A stretch of 64,000 bases of DNA from Cytophagales bacterium (GTDB taxonomy: Bacteria > Bacteroidota > Bacteroidia > Cytophagales > JAPOQI01): NCBI GenBank assembly GCA_026710765.1, contig JAPOQI010000147.1:11182-75181 (forward strand), given 5' to 3'. Made by a program: the position numbers and the translations under genes. The notes under the pieces were generated by a model, which saw only the letters and a program-made list of their open reading frames with translations, had not been told where the DNA came from and ran no database searches. Positions 27,910 through 36,461 of the stretch are shown here, in pieces. Position 1 is the stretch's first letter. Each line of letters begins with the position of its first letter.

Positions 27910-29226
27910 ATGAGTTCTAATATTCCAACCCGATCTATCTTCTGCCGTGATAACCTAGATGTCCTGGAAGGAATTAATAGCTCCTGCATAGACCTGATAT
28001 ATTTAGACCCCCCCTTCAACAAGAATAAAACCTTCACCGCACCCATAGGTTCCCATGCGGAGGGTGCGAGCTTCAAGGATATCTTCCGAAAAGAGGATTT
28101 GAAGGGGGAGTGGTTGAAGACGATAGAAGAAGATGAACCTAAATTGCATTCTTTTCTTGAGAGCGTTCAGACCATGGGGGGCAGGAATAGTCATGATTTT
28201 TGCTATTTGGCATATATGGGGATTAGATTATTGGAATGCCATAGGATACTCAAAGATACAGGGTCTATCTATCTGCATTGCGATCCCACGATGTCGCATT
28301 ATCTCAAGCTCCTCATGGATTGTATTTTTGAAGAGAATAATTTTAGGAATGAGATTGTGTGGAATAAAGGTTTTAGGGGAACTCCAAGAAAAACCCGCTA
28401 TCAGCAAGAACACGAAATTGTCTTTTATTACGGAAAAGGAAAAAATGTCATCTGGAATCAACAAACTGTTTCCTATAAAAATAAAAAGATGTCCCGTTAC
28501 AATAAGAGAGATGAAGAGGGAAACAAATATGCTTTGGTGAAACGTAAACGTACAGACGGAACCATTTACTATGGTCGCACATATCCCAAAGGAAAGCGAA
28601 TCGGAGACGTTATACATATTCCCACACTAGCCTCCACTTCCCGAGAACGAACGCATTATCCTACGCAGAAACCCCTGGCTTTGCTGGAACGAATTATTAA
28701 AACCTCCTCTAATGAGGGCGATTTGATCCTGGATCTCTTTTGTGGGTGTGCCACCACCTGTGTGGCTGCGGAGAAATTGGAACGAAAATGGATCGGCATA
28801 GATGTTTCCATCACGGCTTATAATTTGGTCAAGCGGCGACTTGCCAAAGAAGTGGAGGGCAAAGAAAATGGACAAGCGGGTATGCTCTTTTGGGAGGAGA
28901 AAATCAAATATCAACAGAAGCTCCCCAAACGGACGGATCAAGGTGTAGATTATCGGGAGAAAAAATATATTTATGTGATTAGTCATCCCAAATATCCTGG
29001 GGAGTATAAGGTAGGTATTGCGAAGGATCTCAAGAAAAACTTCTCAGGCTATCAAAGGACTGATCCGGAAAGAGCTTATGAATACGAGTATTCACGTTTG
29101 AGTCCTCGGTTCAGGGAGGTGGAGAAGCATATTCATGAGGTCTTTCCTAATAAGCATGAATGGGTGCAAGCTCCATTGGAAGAGATTATTGCAGAGATTA
29201 AGGGAGTAGATAAAGCTAGGATATGA
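27910..29226 (+). CDS. Beta-class N6-adenine/N4-cytosine DNA methyltransferase fused to a C-terminal T5orf172 (GIY-YIG-like) domain
   Basis: Motif IV LIYLDPPFN lies near the N-terminus. Motif I DLFCGCATTCVAAEKLERKWIGID lies at aa ~275-300, giving the beta permutation. The C-terminal ~90 aa (YIYVISHPKYPGEYKVGIAKDL......EVEKHIHEVFPNKHEWVQAPLEEI) match the T5orf172/MUG113 pattern. Confidence 0.85.
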   Translation: MSSNIPTRSIFCRDNLDVLEGINSSCIDLIYLDPPFNKNKTFTAPIGSHAEGASFKDIFRKEDLKGEWLKTIEEDEPKLHSFLESVQTMGGRNSHDFCYLAYMGIRLLECHRILKDTGSIYLHCDPTMSHYLKLLMDCIFEENNFRNEIVWNKGFRGTPRKTRYQQEHEIVFYYGKGKNVIWNQQTVSYKNKKMSRYNKRDEEGNKYALVKRKRTDGTIYYGRTYPKGKRIGDVIHIPTLASTSRERTHYPTQKPLALLERIIKTSSNEGDLILDLFCGCATTCVAAEKLERKWIGIDVSITAYNLVKRRLAKEVEGKENGQAGMLFWEEKIKYQQKLPKRTDQGVDYREKKYIYVISHPKYPGEYKVGIAKDLKKNFSGYQRTDPERAYEYEYSRLSPRFREVEKHIHEVFPNKHEWVQAPLEEIIAEIKGVDKARI

Positions 29227-29261
29227 TAATAGGTATATGAATTCTTTTTATTTTTTAATAT

Positions 29262-29336
29262 CGAGGTGTGGCGCAGTCCGGTTAGCGCACCACGTTAGGG
29301 ACGTGGGGGTCGCTGGTTCAAATCCAGTCACCTCGA
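29262..29336 (+). tRNA. tRNA-Pro with anticodon AGG as read from the cloverleaf
   Basis: Hand-folded cloverleaf: acceptor CGAGGTG/CACCTCG, D arm GCGC-AGTCCGGTTA-GCGC, anticodon arm CCACG-TTAGGGA-CGTGG, variable GGGTC, T arm GCTGG-TTCAAAT-CCAGT, discriminator A. It closely resembles E. coli tRNA-Pro (…CTTCG TTCGGGA CGAAG…), but position 34 is A. No CCA is encoded. Confidence 0.85.
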
Positions 29337-29352
29337 CTCGTGTATATATGCT

Positions 29353-29907
29353 ATGGGTAGTCAAAATCTGAAGAGTCAAAACTTAGGAATTGGCATTGTG
29401 ATGGGGAGTCTATCTGACTGGCCCATCATGCAAGGGGCATGGAAATTTCTTGAAAGCCTGGACATAGACCTACCCAAGACCTATCAAATTCTTTCTGCCC
29501 ATCGTACGCCCGAGGAGATGTTAGCTTATGGGAAATCGGCTGCCCAGCGGGGCATAGGTGTTATCATTGCAGGTGCGGGGGGGGCAGCTCATTTACCCGG
29601 AATGATCGCTTCTACGAGTATTCTTCCTGTGATTGGGGTTCCGATTCGTTCTTCAAATTCTTTGGATGCTTGGGATTCTCTTTTATCTATTGTGCAAATG
29701 CCTGCGGGGGTTCCCGTCGCGACGGTGGCTATAAACGGAGCAAAGAATGCAGCCATTCTGGCCATACAGATTCTAGCCTTGAAGAACCCTAGTTTGCTGT
29801 CTTGCTTGAAGAATCTTAAAGAAAAGGATCAGGAGAGGGTACGGGAACAGAATGTACAACTAAGTCGTGAACTAGCTGATCAACCCAAGCACAAATTAGA
29901 TACCTGA
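29353..29907 (+). CDS. purE: N5-carboxyaminoimidazole ribonucleotide mutase
   Basis: [10 protein letters not shown]...LSAHRTPE...[14 protein letters not shown]...PVIGVP...[12 protein letters not shown]. Confidence 0.92.
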   Translation: MGSQNLKSQNLGIGIVMGSLSDWPIMQGAWKFLESLDIDLPKTYQILSAHRTPEEMLAYGKSAAQRGIGVIIAGAGGAAHLPGMIASTSILPVIGVPIRSSNSLDAWDSLLSIVQMPAGVPVATVAINGAKNAAILAIQILALKNPSLLSCLKNLKEKDQERVREQNVQLSRELADQPKHKLDT

Positions 29908-29994
29908 GTCCAAACCTTAGACTAGGGTGGGCTAATTCCTCTCTCGGTGGCGTTGCGGGCGCCTAGGGCTGTGAATATTTAGATAGCTGATCTT

Positions 29995-30714
29995 ATGAGC
30001 AGTAAAAATAAAGGCAAAGATTACGAACTCGAGACCAAAGAGAGGTACGAGGAACTGCTTAGGCAGGATGGGGTCACCGAGACCGTTGAACACAGCAAGA
30101 AACTAATGGACTCTAGTGCTAAGAAGCCTGCACAGGTGGATGTTTATTGGGAATTTGAAAGGGCAGGCATCCTGTACAGGACGGCCATAGAATGCAAGGA
30201 TTATAAAAGACCTGTCTCCGTAGACAAGATACGTGCATTTGCTTCCGTTTTAAGTGATCACAAGCTGAATGGAATATTTGTTGCCCGAAATGGATTTCAG
30301 TCCGGGGCAAAGGAGTATGCAGAAGCTGAGGGGATAGAGCTGGTAGAACTCAGAAAACCTAAGGCAGAGGACCTCAAAGGTAGGATTTTTAATATCCACT
30401 TGCGTGTAGAGATGTGGCTGCCAAAACTTCTTCACGTGAACGTTGAAGTCCACAGTAGCGAACGTTCCCGTTATCCTGAAGGGAAGGTGCAAGGAAGAAC
30501 ATATAGAGGAGATGATGGTGTTTATGATACTAAGAGGAACTTGATCAAGTCTTTTAATGACATGATCAGTGCTTTACCGCGTCCTCCTGAGGACAAGAAC
30601 CCTAATGAAGAACTTAAGCACGGTTTTCCCTTTGAGGGGGGGTATATAAAGGCTGGACAGGATGAATTTCACAGGATAGAACGTATTCAATTCAGATATT
30701 CTTGGAGAGTTTAG
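29995..30714 (+). CDS. Mrr_cat-like PD-(D/E)xK restriction-endonuclease-fold protein with an uncharacterised C-terminal half
   Basis: The N-terminal ~120 aa carry G.DYE...QVDVYWEF....YRTAIECKDYKRPVSVDKIRAFASVL....GIFVARNGFQSGAKEYAEAEGIELVEL. This is a D...ExK core followed by the typical trailing helix region. I recognise no family for aa ~125-239. Confidence 0.7.
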   Translation: MSSKNKGKDYELETKERYEELLRQDGVTETVEHSKKLMDSSAKKPAQVDVYWEFERAGILYRTAIECKDYKRPVSVDKIRAFASVLSDHKLNGIFVARNGFQSGAKEYAEAEGIELVELRKPKAEDLKGRIFNIHLRVEMWLPKLLHVNVEVHSSERSRYPEGKVQGRTYRGDDGVYDTKRNLIKSFNDMISALPRPPEDKNPNEELKHGFPFEGGYIKAGQDEFHRIERIQFRYSWRV

Positions 30715-30769
30715 CGCCCTCTTGAGGGCATCATAAAAGCAGGACCGATCCAAATGATACTCAAGAGGG

Positions 30770-31192
30770 TCAAAGACGGAAAGATGATCTTTTTCCATGA
30801 GGATGGCCGTATAAGGCGTCCTGATGGGTTATGAGTAGGTATTCAGTTTGGGAGTTTAGGGTCCATTGGGAGAGTCGTTCTTTGACATCTTCATAAATTT
30901 CAAACATCTCCTTGGGACGAAGGGCATAATGCCGAAAGGCCTGATTATAGCTGATCCGGGTCATGCCATGCTTTTTCCATATGTGTTCTATATGTATTTT
31001 TCTCTTTTGGATGAGTGCAGTGGGGGATAGGGAAGCCTTCTTAAGCATGGCTTCCGAAAGATGTATATCCACCAAGACTGCCACCATGTCCTCAGGAGAA
31101 AAGGGAACCGAAAGAGATGCACGCGAAGGATCAGGAGACTGACAAGAGATCCAGCAAAAACACAGAAGGGAAAAGTACCCTAAGGTCCTCAT
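30770..31192 (-). CDS. DUF4296-like lipoprotein
   Basis: 140 aa with lipobox WISC. The pattern MVAVLVDIHLSEAML...Y.....H resembles Bacteroidota DUF4296 (from memory). It has a 4-bp overlap with the upstream ABC ATPase gene. Confidence 0.55.
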   Translation of the reverse strand: MRTLGYFSLLCFCWISCQSPDPSRASLSVPFSPEDMVAVLVDIHLSEAMLKKASLSPTALIQKRKIHIEHIWKKHGMTRISYNQAFRHYALRPKEMFEIYEDVKERLSQWTLNSQTEYLLITHQDALYGHPHGKRSSFRL

Positions 31193-31950
31193 GGCAAAGA
31201 GGAAGCAGATACAAGCTGACGCATGAGCTTGCTAGAACATATGAACTTATTCAGCTCAGGACTGGGTGATTTAATTAATCCCTCGGCGGTTCCAGACCAA
31301 TTCTTTTTTCCATCGTGAATAAATAGAATGTTTTCCCCGATCTCTACGACCGAATTCATGTCATGGCTCACCACAATGGTGGTAATTTTATCATCCGAAC
31401 TGATTTCTCGTATGAGTCCATCAATTCGGACTGCGGTGCTTGGATCTAGACCTGAGTTAGGTTCATCACAAAAGAGATAGGCAGGTTGATTGACGATGGC
31501 ACGTGCCAAGGCTACCCGTTTTCTCATACCCCCACTCAGTTCTGAGGGAATCTTCTTATTGACCCCAGAAAGACTCACCTTATCCAGGCAAAAATCAACT
31601 TGTTTTTTTTTTTCTTTTTGGGTCATATTGGTGAGTATGTCCAGGGGAAACTGGATATTTTCTTCTATGTTCTTGGAATCAAAAAGGGCTAAATTTTGAA
31701 AAAGCATTCCTACTTTTTGTCGGATTTTCTGTCGGAGTCTTTCTGTGCCTTGGGTAAAGTTATCTTCATCAAAAAAAGCGGACCCTGAATCGGGTTCCAG
31801 TAATCCGATGATACACTTGATCAATACGCTTTTTCCTGTACCACTGGCACCAATAACTAAATTAACCTTTCCTTGTCCAAAGGAGGCAGATACATCATCT
31901 ACCACTTTGTCTCCATTAAAGGTTTTGCTAATATTTTCTATTCGTATCAC
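31189..31950 (-). CDS. ABC transporter ATP-binding protein, MlaF-like
   Basis: Walker A GASGTGKS, signature LSGGMRKRVALARA, Walker B LFCDEP. It is paired with a MlaE-like permease. Confidence 0.88.
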   Translation of the reverse strand: MIRIENISKTFNGDKVVDDVSASFGQGKVNLVIGASGTGKSVLIKCIIGLLEPDSGSAFFDEDNFTQGTERLRQKIRQKVGMLFQNLALFDSKNIEENIQFPLDILTNMTQKEKKKQVDFCLDKVSLSGVNKKIPSELSGGMRKRVALARAIVNQPAYLFCDEPNSGLDPSTAVRIDGLIREISSDDKITTIVVSHDMNSVVEIGENILFIHDGKKNWSGTAEGLIKSPSPELNKFICSSKLMRQLVSASSLP

Positions 31951-32687
31951 AAGAGCAGTTCTGCCAATAGATAATCAGAGCAAAGTATGGCCACACAGCT
32001 TTTTGTGACCGCCTCTGTACTGATTTTCCCTACCTCAAAGGCTCCACCTGAAACATTGAAGCCTTTGTAACAAGAAATGGTAGAGATCAAAAAGGCAAAT
32101 ACGATGGTTTTGATAAGGGCAAAGGGTAGGCTGAAGGGGATAAATCCGTTTCGGATGCCGTACTCATAATCCGCAGGCGAGATCACACCGCCATAGACCC
32201 CTGCAAGATACCCACCCACAATGCATACCCCAATAGATAAGGCGACCAAAATCGGATAAGAAATGATGGAGGCAATCACCCTAGGAAGAACCAAGTAAGA
32301 GGTAGCATTGATCCCCATGGTTTTTAGAGCATCTATTTGTTCGCTAATTTTCATGGTTCCTAATTCTGTGGCCATATTTGAACCTATTTTTCCCGCAAAG
32401 AAAATACCCATAATCATAGGAGCAAGTTCCACCACAGCTGTATCTCGTAGGACGGTGGCAATCACATAATCTTTGACAAATGGGTTGGAAATATTATAGG
32501 CTGTTTGTAAAACCGTAACAGATCCCATGAAAAAAGAAATGAGCATAAAAACAAAGAACGTCTTACAACCCACGATATAGCATTCATCCAGAATCAACCG
32601 ACCATAGATCCGAAAAGAATCCATAGGAACAAAGATGTCTCGGAGAAAAAGAAAATATGAACCTAAACCCTGGAGAAATTTTATCAC
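31947..32687 (-). CDS. MlaE-family ABC transporter permease
   Basis: 246 aa and polytopic, with MGSVTVLQTAY and M.ISEQIDALKTMGI motifs. Confidence 0.88.
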   Translation of the reverse strand: MIKFLQGLGSYFLFLRDIFVPMDSFRIYGRLILDECYIVGCKTFFVFMLISFFMGSVTVLQTAYNISNPFVKDYVIATVLRDTAVVELAPMIMGIFFAGKIGSNMATELGTMKISEQIDALKTMGINATSYLVLPRVIASIISYPILVALSIGVCIVGGYLAGVYGGVISPADYEYGIRNGFIPFSLPFALIKTIVFAFLISTISCYKGFNVSGGAFEVGKISTEAVTKSCVAILCSDYLLAELLL

Positions 32688-32729
32688 GAAGTGACCTATT
32701 AAAAATTTATTCTCTTATGAGGAGATGTT

Positions 32730-34157
32730 TTAAAGGGCGTCTGTCAGTATTTTCAAAACGTTGATACCTATAAATCTATCTAATATGGTGAGTAAAACCA
32801 TAAGAGATAAGATCACGGGACATAGATAGGCGAGTGAGAAATCCAGATAGCGCTGCCAGATAGAACCCACATAGTTGGGATAACCCTGACTAAGCTCGGC
32901 ATGAAATCGTTTTTTCCGCCATCCAAAGAGAACATATAATACAATCCCAAAGCCCCCCAGAGGGAGAAAGGTATCACTGGAAATATGCTCTATTATATCC
33001 ATGAAGGATCTAGATTCTGAAGAGTTCAAGTAGCTAAGACAGGCACTTAGAAAAGCAGAATCTCCTTGTGACAATAAGGAAGGGATGCCCAGAAGAAAGA
33101 CAAAAAGACCCAAAAACCATACCACTGCCTTGCGGGAGATGGATAGCTTATCCACAGCATAGGCAACAGGAATCTCTAATAAAGACACAGTGGAGGTCAG
33201 TGCGGCAAAGGAGAGTAATAAGAAAAATAAAGACCCTACAACAAGTCCGATGCCTGGCCCCAGGGATTCAAATCCACCTGGGAGCGTAACAAAGATAAGT
33301 CCTGCGCCCCCCGAAATATCTGACATATCTCCCGCATTTAGATGGGCTACGAAAGGAAATATCATGAGTCCCGCTAGGAAGGCAATGCCTACATCAGCCA
33401 GCACCACAAAAGCAGAAGCATGGACTATATTTTCATTTTTGGGAAGATAACTCCCATACGTAATCATGGCACCTAGACCCAAAGAAAGAGAGAAAAAAGC
33501 TTGTCCCATGGCGTTATAAATTACCTCCAAACTTATGTTTGCAAAATTGGGAATCAAATAGTATTTCAATCCAGCACCTGCGTGGGGTAAGAAAAACCCG
33601 TACAAAATTAGAATGACCATGAGTGAAAGGAGCAGGGGCATAAGCACCTTGGATAGACGTTCTATTCCTTTAGAAATACCTTTTGAAACCGTATAAGCGG
33701 TAAGGAGCATGAAAATCCCCGCATATAGAGAGATTTTGGCTATGTCATTGATGTAGGTACCGAATTCTTCCCCAATGGAAAAATTTCCCATCAGAATCTC
33801 CACAACATAACCCAAAGCCCAACCTGCCACGATGTTGTAAAAGGAAAGAACCAGAACCGCAGATAAAACGCCCAATTTCCCCACAACATTCCAAGATTTT
33901 TTCCCTGTCTCAAAAGCACTCACCGCATCTCGCTGCGCTGCCCGTCCGATGGAGATTTCGGAAACCATGATGGGCAAACAGAATACGAAACAGAAGATAA
34001 GATACATGAACAGGAAGGCAGCACCTCCTCCGTCTGCCACCTCAAAAGGAAATTTCCAAACATTCCCCAAACCTATCGCAGACCCTGCCGCTGCCAGGAT
34101 AAAACCCATCCGTCCGGTAAATCCGCCTCTTTTTTTATTAGACAATGAATCGGCCAT
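32730..34157 (-). CDS. Sodium-dependent transporter, SNF/NSS family
   Basis: GFILAAAGSAIGLGNVWKFPF N-terminal signature. 475 aa with ~12 TM helices. Confidence 0.9.
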   Translation of the reverse strand: MADSLSNKKRGGFTGRMGFILAAAGSAIGLGNVWKFPFEVADGGGAAFLFMYLIFCFVFCLPIMVSEISIGRAAQRDAVSAFETGKKSWNVVGKLGVLSAVLVLSFYNIVAGWALGYVVEILMGNFSIGEEFGTYINDIAKISLYAGIFMLLTAYTVSKGISKGIERLSKVLMPLLLSLMVILILYGFFLPHAGAGLKYYLIPNFANISLEVIYNAMGQAFFSLSLGLGAMITYGSYLPKNENIVHASAFVVLADVGIAFLAGLMIFPFVAHLNAGDMSDISGGAGLIFVTLPGGFESLGPGIGLVVGSLFFLLLSFAALTSTVSLLEIPVAYAVDKLSISRKAVVWFLGLFVFLLGIPSLLSQGDSAFLSACLSYLNSSESRSFMDIIEHISSDTFLPLGGFGIVLYVLFGWRKKRFHAELSQGYPNYVGSIWQRYLDFSLAYLCPVILSLMVLLTILDRFIGINVLKILTDAL

Positions 34158-34160
34158 ATG

Positions 34161-34877
34161 CTAAGAATTTGGTTCTTGTTCTGTACTAGGTCGCTGAAGC
34201 ATGACTTCATCAATCAAACCATAACTTTGTGCCTCAACGGCTGACATCCAAAAGTCTCTATCCGCATCCTTTTCTATCTCTTCATAAGACTTCTTGGTAT
34301 GCTCAGCCAGAATATCATAGAGATCTTTCTTGACCGTGAGGGTTTGCCGAAGGGATATTTCCATATCTGAAGCTCTTCCCTGCATCCCTGACATGGGTTG
34401 GTGTATCATGATTCGGGCATGGGGTAGAGAAGCCCTTCTTCCCTTTTCTCCACCACATAGAAGAATAGCTGCCATGGATGCGGCTAAACCCGTACAAACT
34501 GTGGAAATGGGTGGAGAGATATATTGCATGGTATCATAAATTCCCAAACCTGCATAAACCGAACCCCCAGGACTATTAATATAAAGTGTAATGGGTCTTT
34601 GTGCGTTCGTGCTTTCCAAAAAAAGAAGCTGTGCCGTGATAATATTACACAGAACATCATCCACTTCCAAACCCAAGAAAATAATCCGATCCATGATAAG
34701 ACGAGAAAAAACATCTATCTCCCGAAAATGTGTGGGGCGCTCCTCTATAACAGAACGGGTCATGTTCTCCACAGAGTGCCTATACTGATCAAACTGAAGC
34801 CCCGAACCTAAGCCATTTCCCAAGACATACTTCCTAAACTCTTGCCAAGATAAGTCCTTATCCATGTTTCCTTGCAT
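34161..34877 (-). CDS. clpP: ATP-dependent Clp protease proteolytic subunit
   Basis: DVFSRLIMDRIIFLG, INSPGGSV, GLAASMAA and IMIHQP, with the Bacteroidota-type N-terminal extension. Confidence 0.95.
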   Translation of the reverse strand: MQGNMDKDLSWQEFRKYVLGNGLGSGLQFDQYRHSVENMTRSVIEERPTHFREIDVFSRLIMDRIIFLGLEVDDVLCNIITAQLLFLESTNAQRPITLYINSPGGSVYAGLGIYDTMQYISPPISTVCTGLAASMAAILLCGGEKGRRASLPHARIMIHQPMSGMQGRASDMEISLRQTLTVKKDLYDILAEHTKKSYEEIEKDADRDFWMSAVEAQSYGLIDEVMLQRPSTEQEPNS

Positions 34878-34898
34878 AACTAGAACATAAAAATCTGA

Positions 34899-36257
34899 CT
34901 AGCTCTTCCATAAAGCATTTTCATATTCTTGAACCTTCTCATTAAATTCCTCCCGAGACAATTTTTCCGTCTTGGGGTTGACCTGGGTTCGCAACCAAGA
35001 TAATGCATTCCGTTCTTGTAAACGTTGTCTGAGACGAAAGGTATTTTCTCCTTCCCGCACACTTAGAAAATTTCGCACAATCTCTTCCATTTTATTTTCC
35101 AAGTCTTGGGGAATCTCTCCGAGTTGAAAACGTTGATGAATCATAGCGCGCGCCTCATGTATTATATCCTCATCCCCTACCTCTATACGTTGGGAACGCA
35201 CAATTTTGCCAACGACCAAGCTCCATCTAAAAGAACGTAAATAGTTCTGATACGACTTCTCGGAATCCTCCTCTTCTTCCTTTCTAATCTCTTTTTCCCA
35301 TTTGGACTTGATATAGACCTCGGGAAGTGGAAAAGAAAGAGAATTGAGTAGGGAAAGTTTCAGGCTTTCCAGAAAGAAATTTTCCGTTTCCCTCTGATAG
35401 TTTTCTTCTACCTGTTCTCGTACCTTGCGATAGAAATCTTCTTTGTCCTTCACAACATCCTTTCCAAAGACTTTTTCAAATAAAATGGGGGACAAGGACA
35501 TTTTTTCTACCCGATCAATTCTTCGGATCGTGAAATGATAAACCCCTTTTTCTTTCCAAACCTTCTTCTTAAGAACCCTAATTAGAGAGTGGGGTAGATT
35601 TTTTCCAAATAACTTTCTGGGGGAAAAGGAGATGGTTTCCTCCTTTTTCCTACCCATAAAATCTTCTTTATGCTTGTCCTCTTGCATTTTTTCGGTGGGA
35701 AGAAAAACATCTTTGGCAGTATTTTCATCTGAAGGATCTTTCAGATCACCCCAAAGTAAATCTCCGTCTTCTACAAACTCAGACTCAGTGGTCTTACCAT
35801 AACGGACTCTAATATTTTCAACAGCCTCTTCCACCACCTCATCTTGTACCCGAATAATATATTGTGTAGGACGAAGGGAGGAAAGTCTTTCTAATGCGAA
35901 AGAATTTGTCCATCCTACGAGGTATTCAAGTACGATCTCTTGGGGTAGAAGGTTTTCCACATCAGGTAGTTTTTCTGTTTGCAATATGGGGGTTCCGATC
36001 AGATCCAGCTTCTGATTCTGAATATATTTTTGAAGTTGATCGGATAAAATTTCTTGAAGAACGTCTACTAAGACGTGCCTACCATGTATCTTACGAACGT
36101 AACCCATAGGTGTTTTTCCCTTCCGAAAACCTTTTAAGTGTACCTTTTTTCTGTATCTAGATAAGACATCCTCCACCTGAGATTGATAATCCCCTGAATT
36201 GAGCTTAACCTTAAGAAGCCCTTCCACCTCTGAACTCTTGACTAACTCTATGTTCAC
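34899..36257 (-). CDS. tig: Trigger factor
   Basis: 452 aa with the N-terminal ribosome-binding motif GFRKGKTP. It lies upstream of clpP. Confidence 0.85.
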   Translation of the reverse strand: MNIELVKSSEVEGLLKVKLNSGDYQSQVEDVLSRYRKKVHLKGFRKGKTPMGYVRKIHGRHVLVDVLQEILSDQLQKYIQNQKLDLIGTPILQTEKLPDVENLLPQEIVLEYLVGWTNSFALERLSSLRPTQYIIRVQDEVVEEAVENIRVRYGKTTESEFVEDGDLLWGDLKDPSDENTAKDVFLPTEKMQEDKHKEDFMGRKKEETISFSPRKLFGKNLPHSLIRVLKKKVWKEKGVYHFTIRRIDRVEKMSLSPILFEKVFGKDVVKDKEDFYRKVREQVEENYQRETENFFLESLKLSLLNSLSFPLPEVYIKSKWEKEIRKEEEEDSEKSYQNYLRSFRWSLVVGKIVRSQRIEVGDEDIIHEARAMIHQRFQLGEIPQDLENKMEEIVRNFLSVREGENTFRLRQRLQERNALSWLRTQVNPKTEKLSREEFNEKVQEYENALWKS

Positions 36258-36316
36258 ACTAAGCCAAATCTTAACCTCCCAAATTCATCATACGAGCCTG
36301 AACCCAAACCCCAGAG

Positions 36317-36398
36317 TGCGGATGGAGGGACTCGAACCCCCACGCCTTGCAGCGCTAGATCCTAAGTCTAGTGCGTCTACCAATTTCGCCACATCCGC
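36317..36398 (-). tRNA. tRNA-Leu(UAG), class II with a long variable arm
   Basis: The reverse complement reads GCGGATG TG GCGA AATTGGTAGA CGC A CTAGA CTTAGGA TCTAG (variable CGCTGCAAGGCGT) GGGGG TTCGAGT CCCTC CATCCGC A. Confidence 0.9.
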
Positions 36399-36461
36399 TA
36401 TACAGGTGCATAGAACAAAACCTAGAAGAAGACAAGTTATTCATTATTTCTTATAAATTAC

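Noticed and set aside
29262-29994. tRNA-Pro as an integration site for a mobile element
   Set aside because: No integrase or recombinase is present. I found no direct repeat of the tRNA 3' half in the flanking 3 kb. The gene immediately downstream is the housekeeping purE.
30716-30729. Palindrome gccctcttgagggc just after the Mrr-like stop codon, as a possible terminator
   Set aside because: The stem is only 5-6 bp with a very small loop, and neither strand has a following U-run. It is too weak to call.
29908-30770. Compositionally foreign island around the Mrr-like gene
   Set aside because: My hand GC counts on four 60-nt lines gave 40-52%, with a mean of ~45%. The single 60-nt host line I counted for comparison (inside guaB) gave ~45%, so these counts show no difference. 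I cannot claim atypical composition without a proper windowed calculation.
36199-36456. 85-aa plus-strand ORF
   Set aside because: It spans the tRNA-Leu(UAG) gene on the opposite strand and the tig start region. It has no protein-like features.
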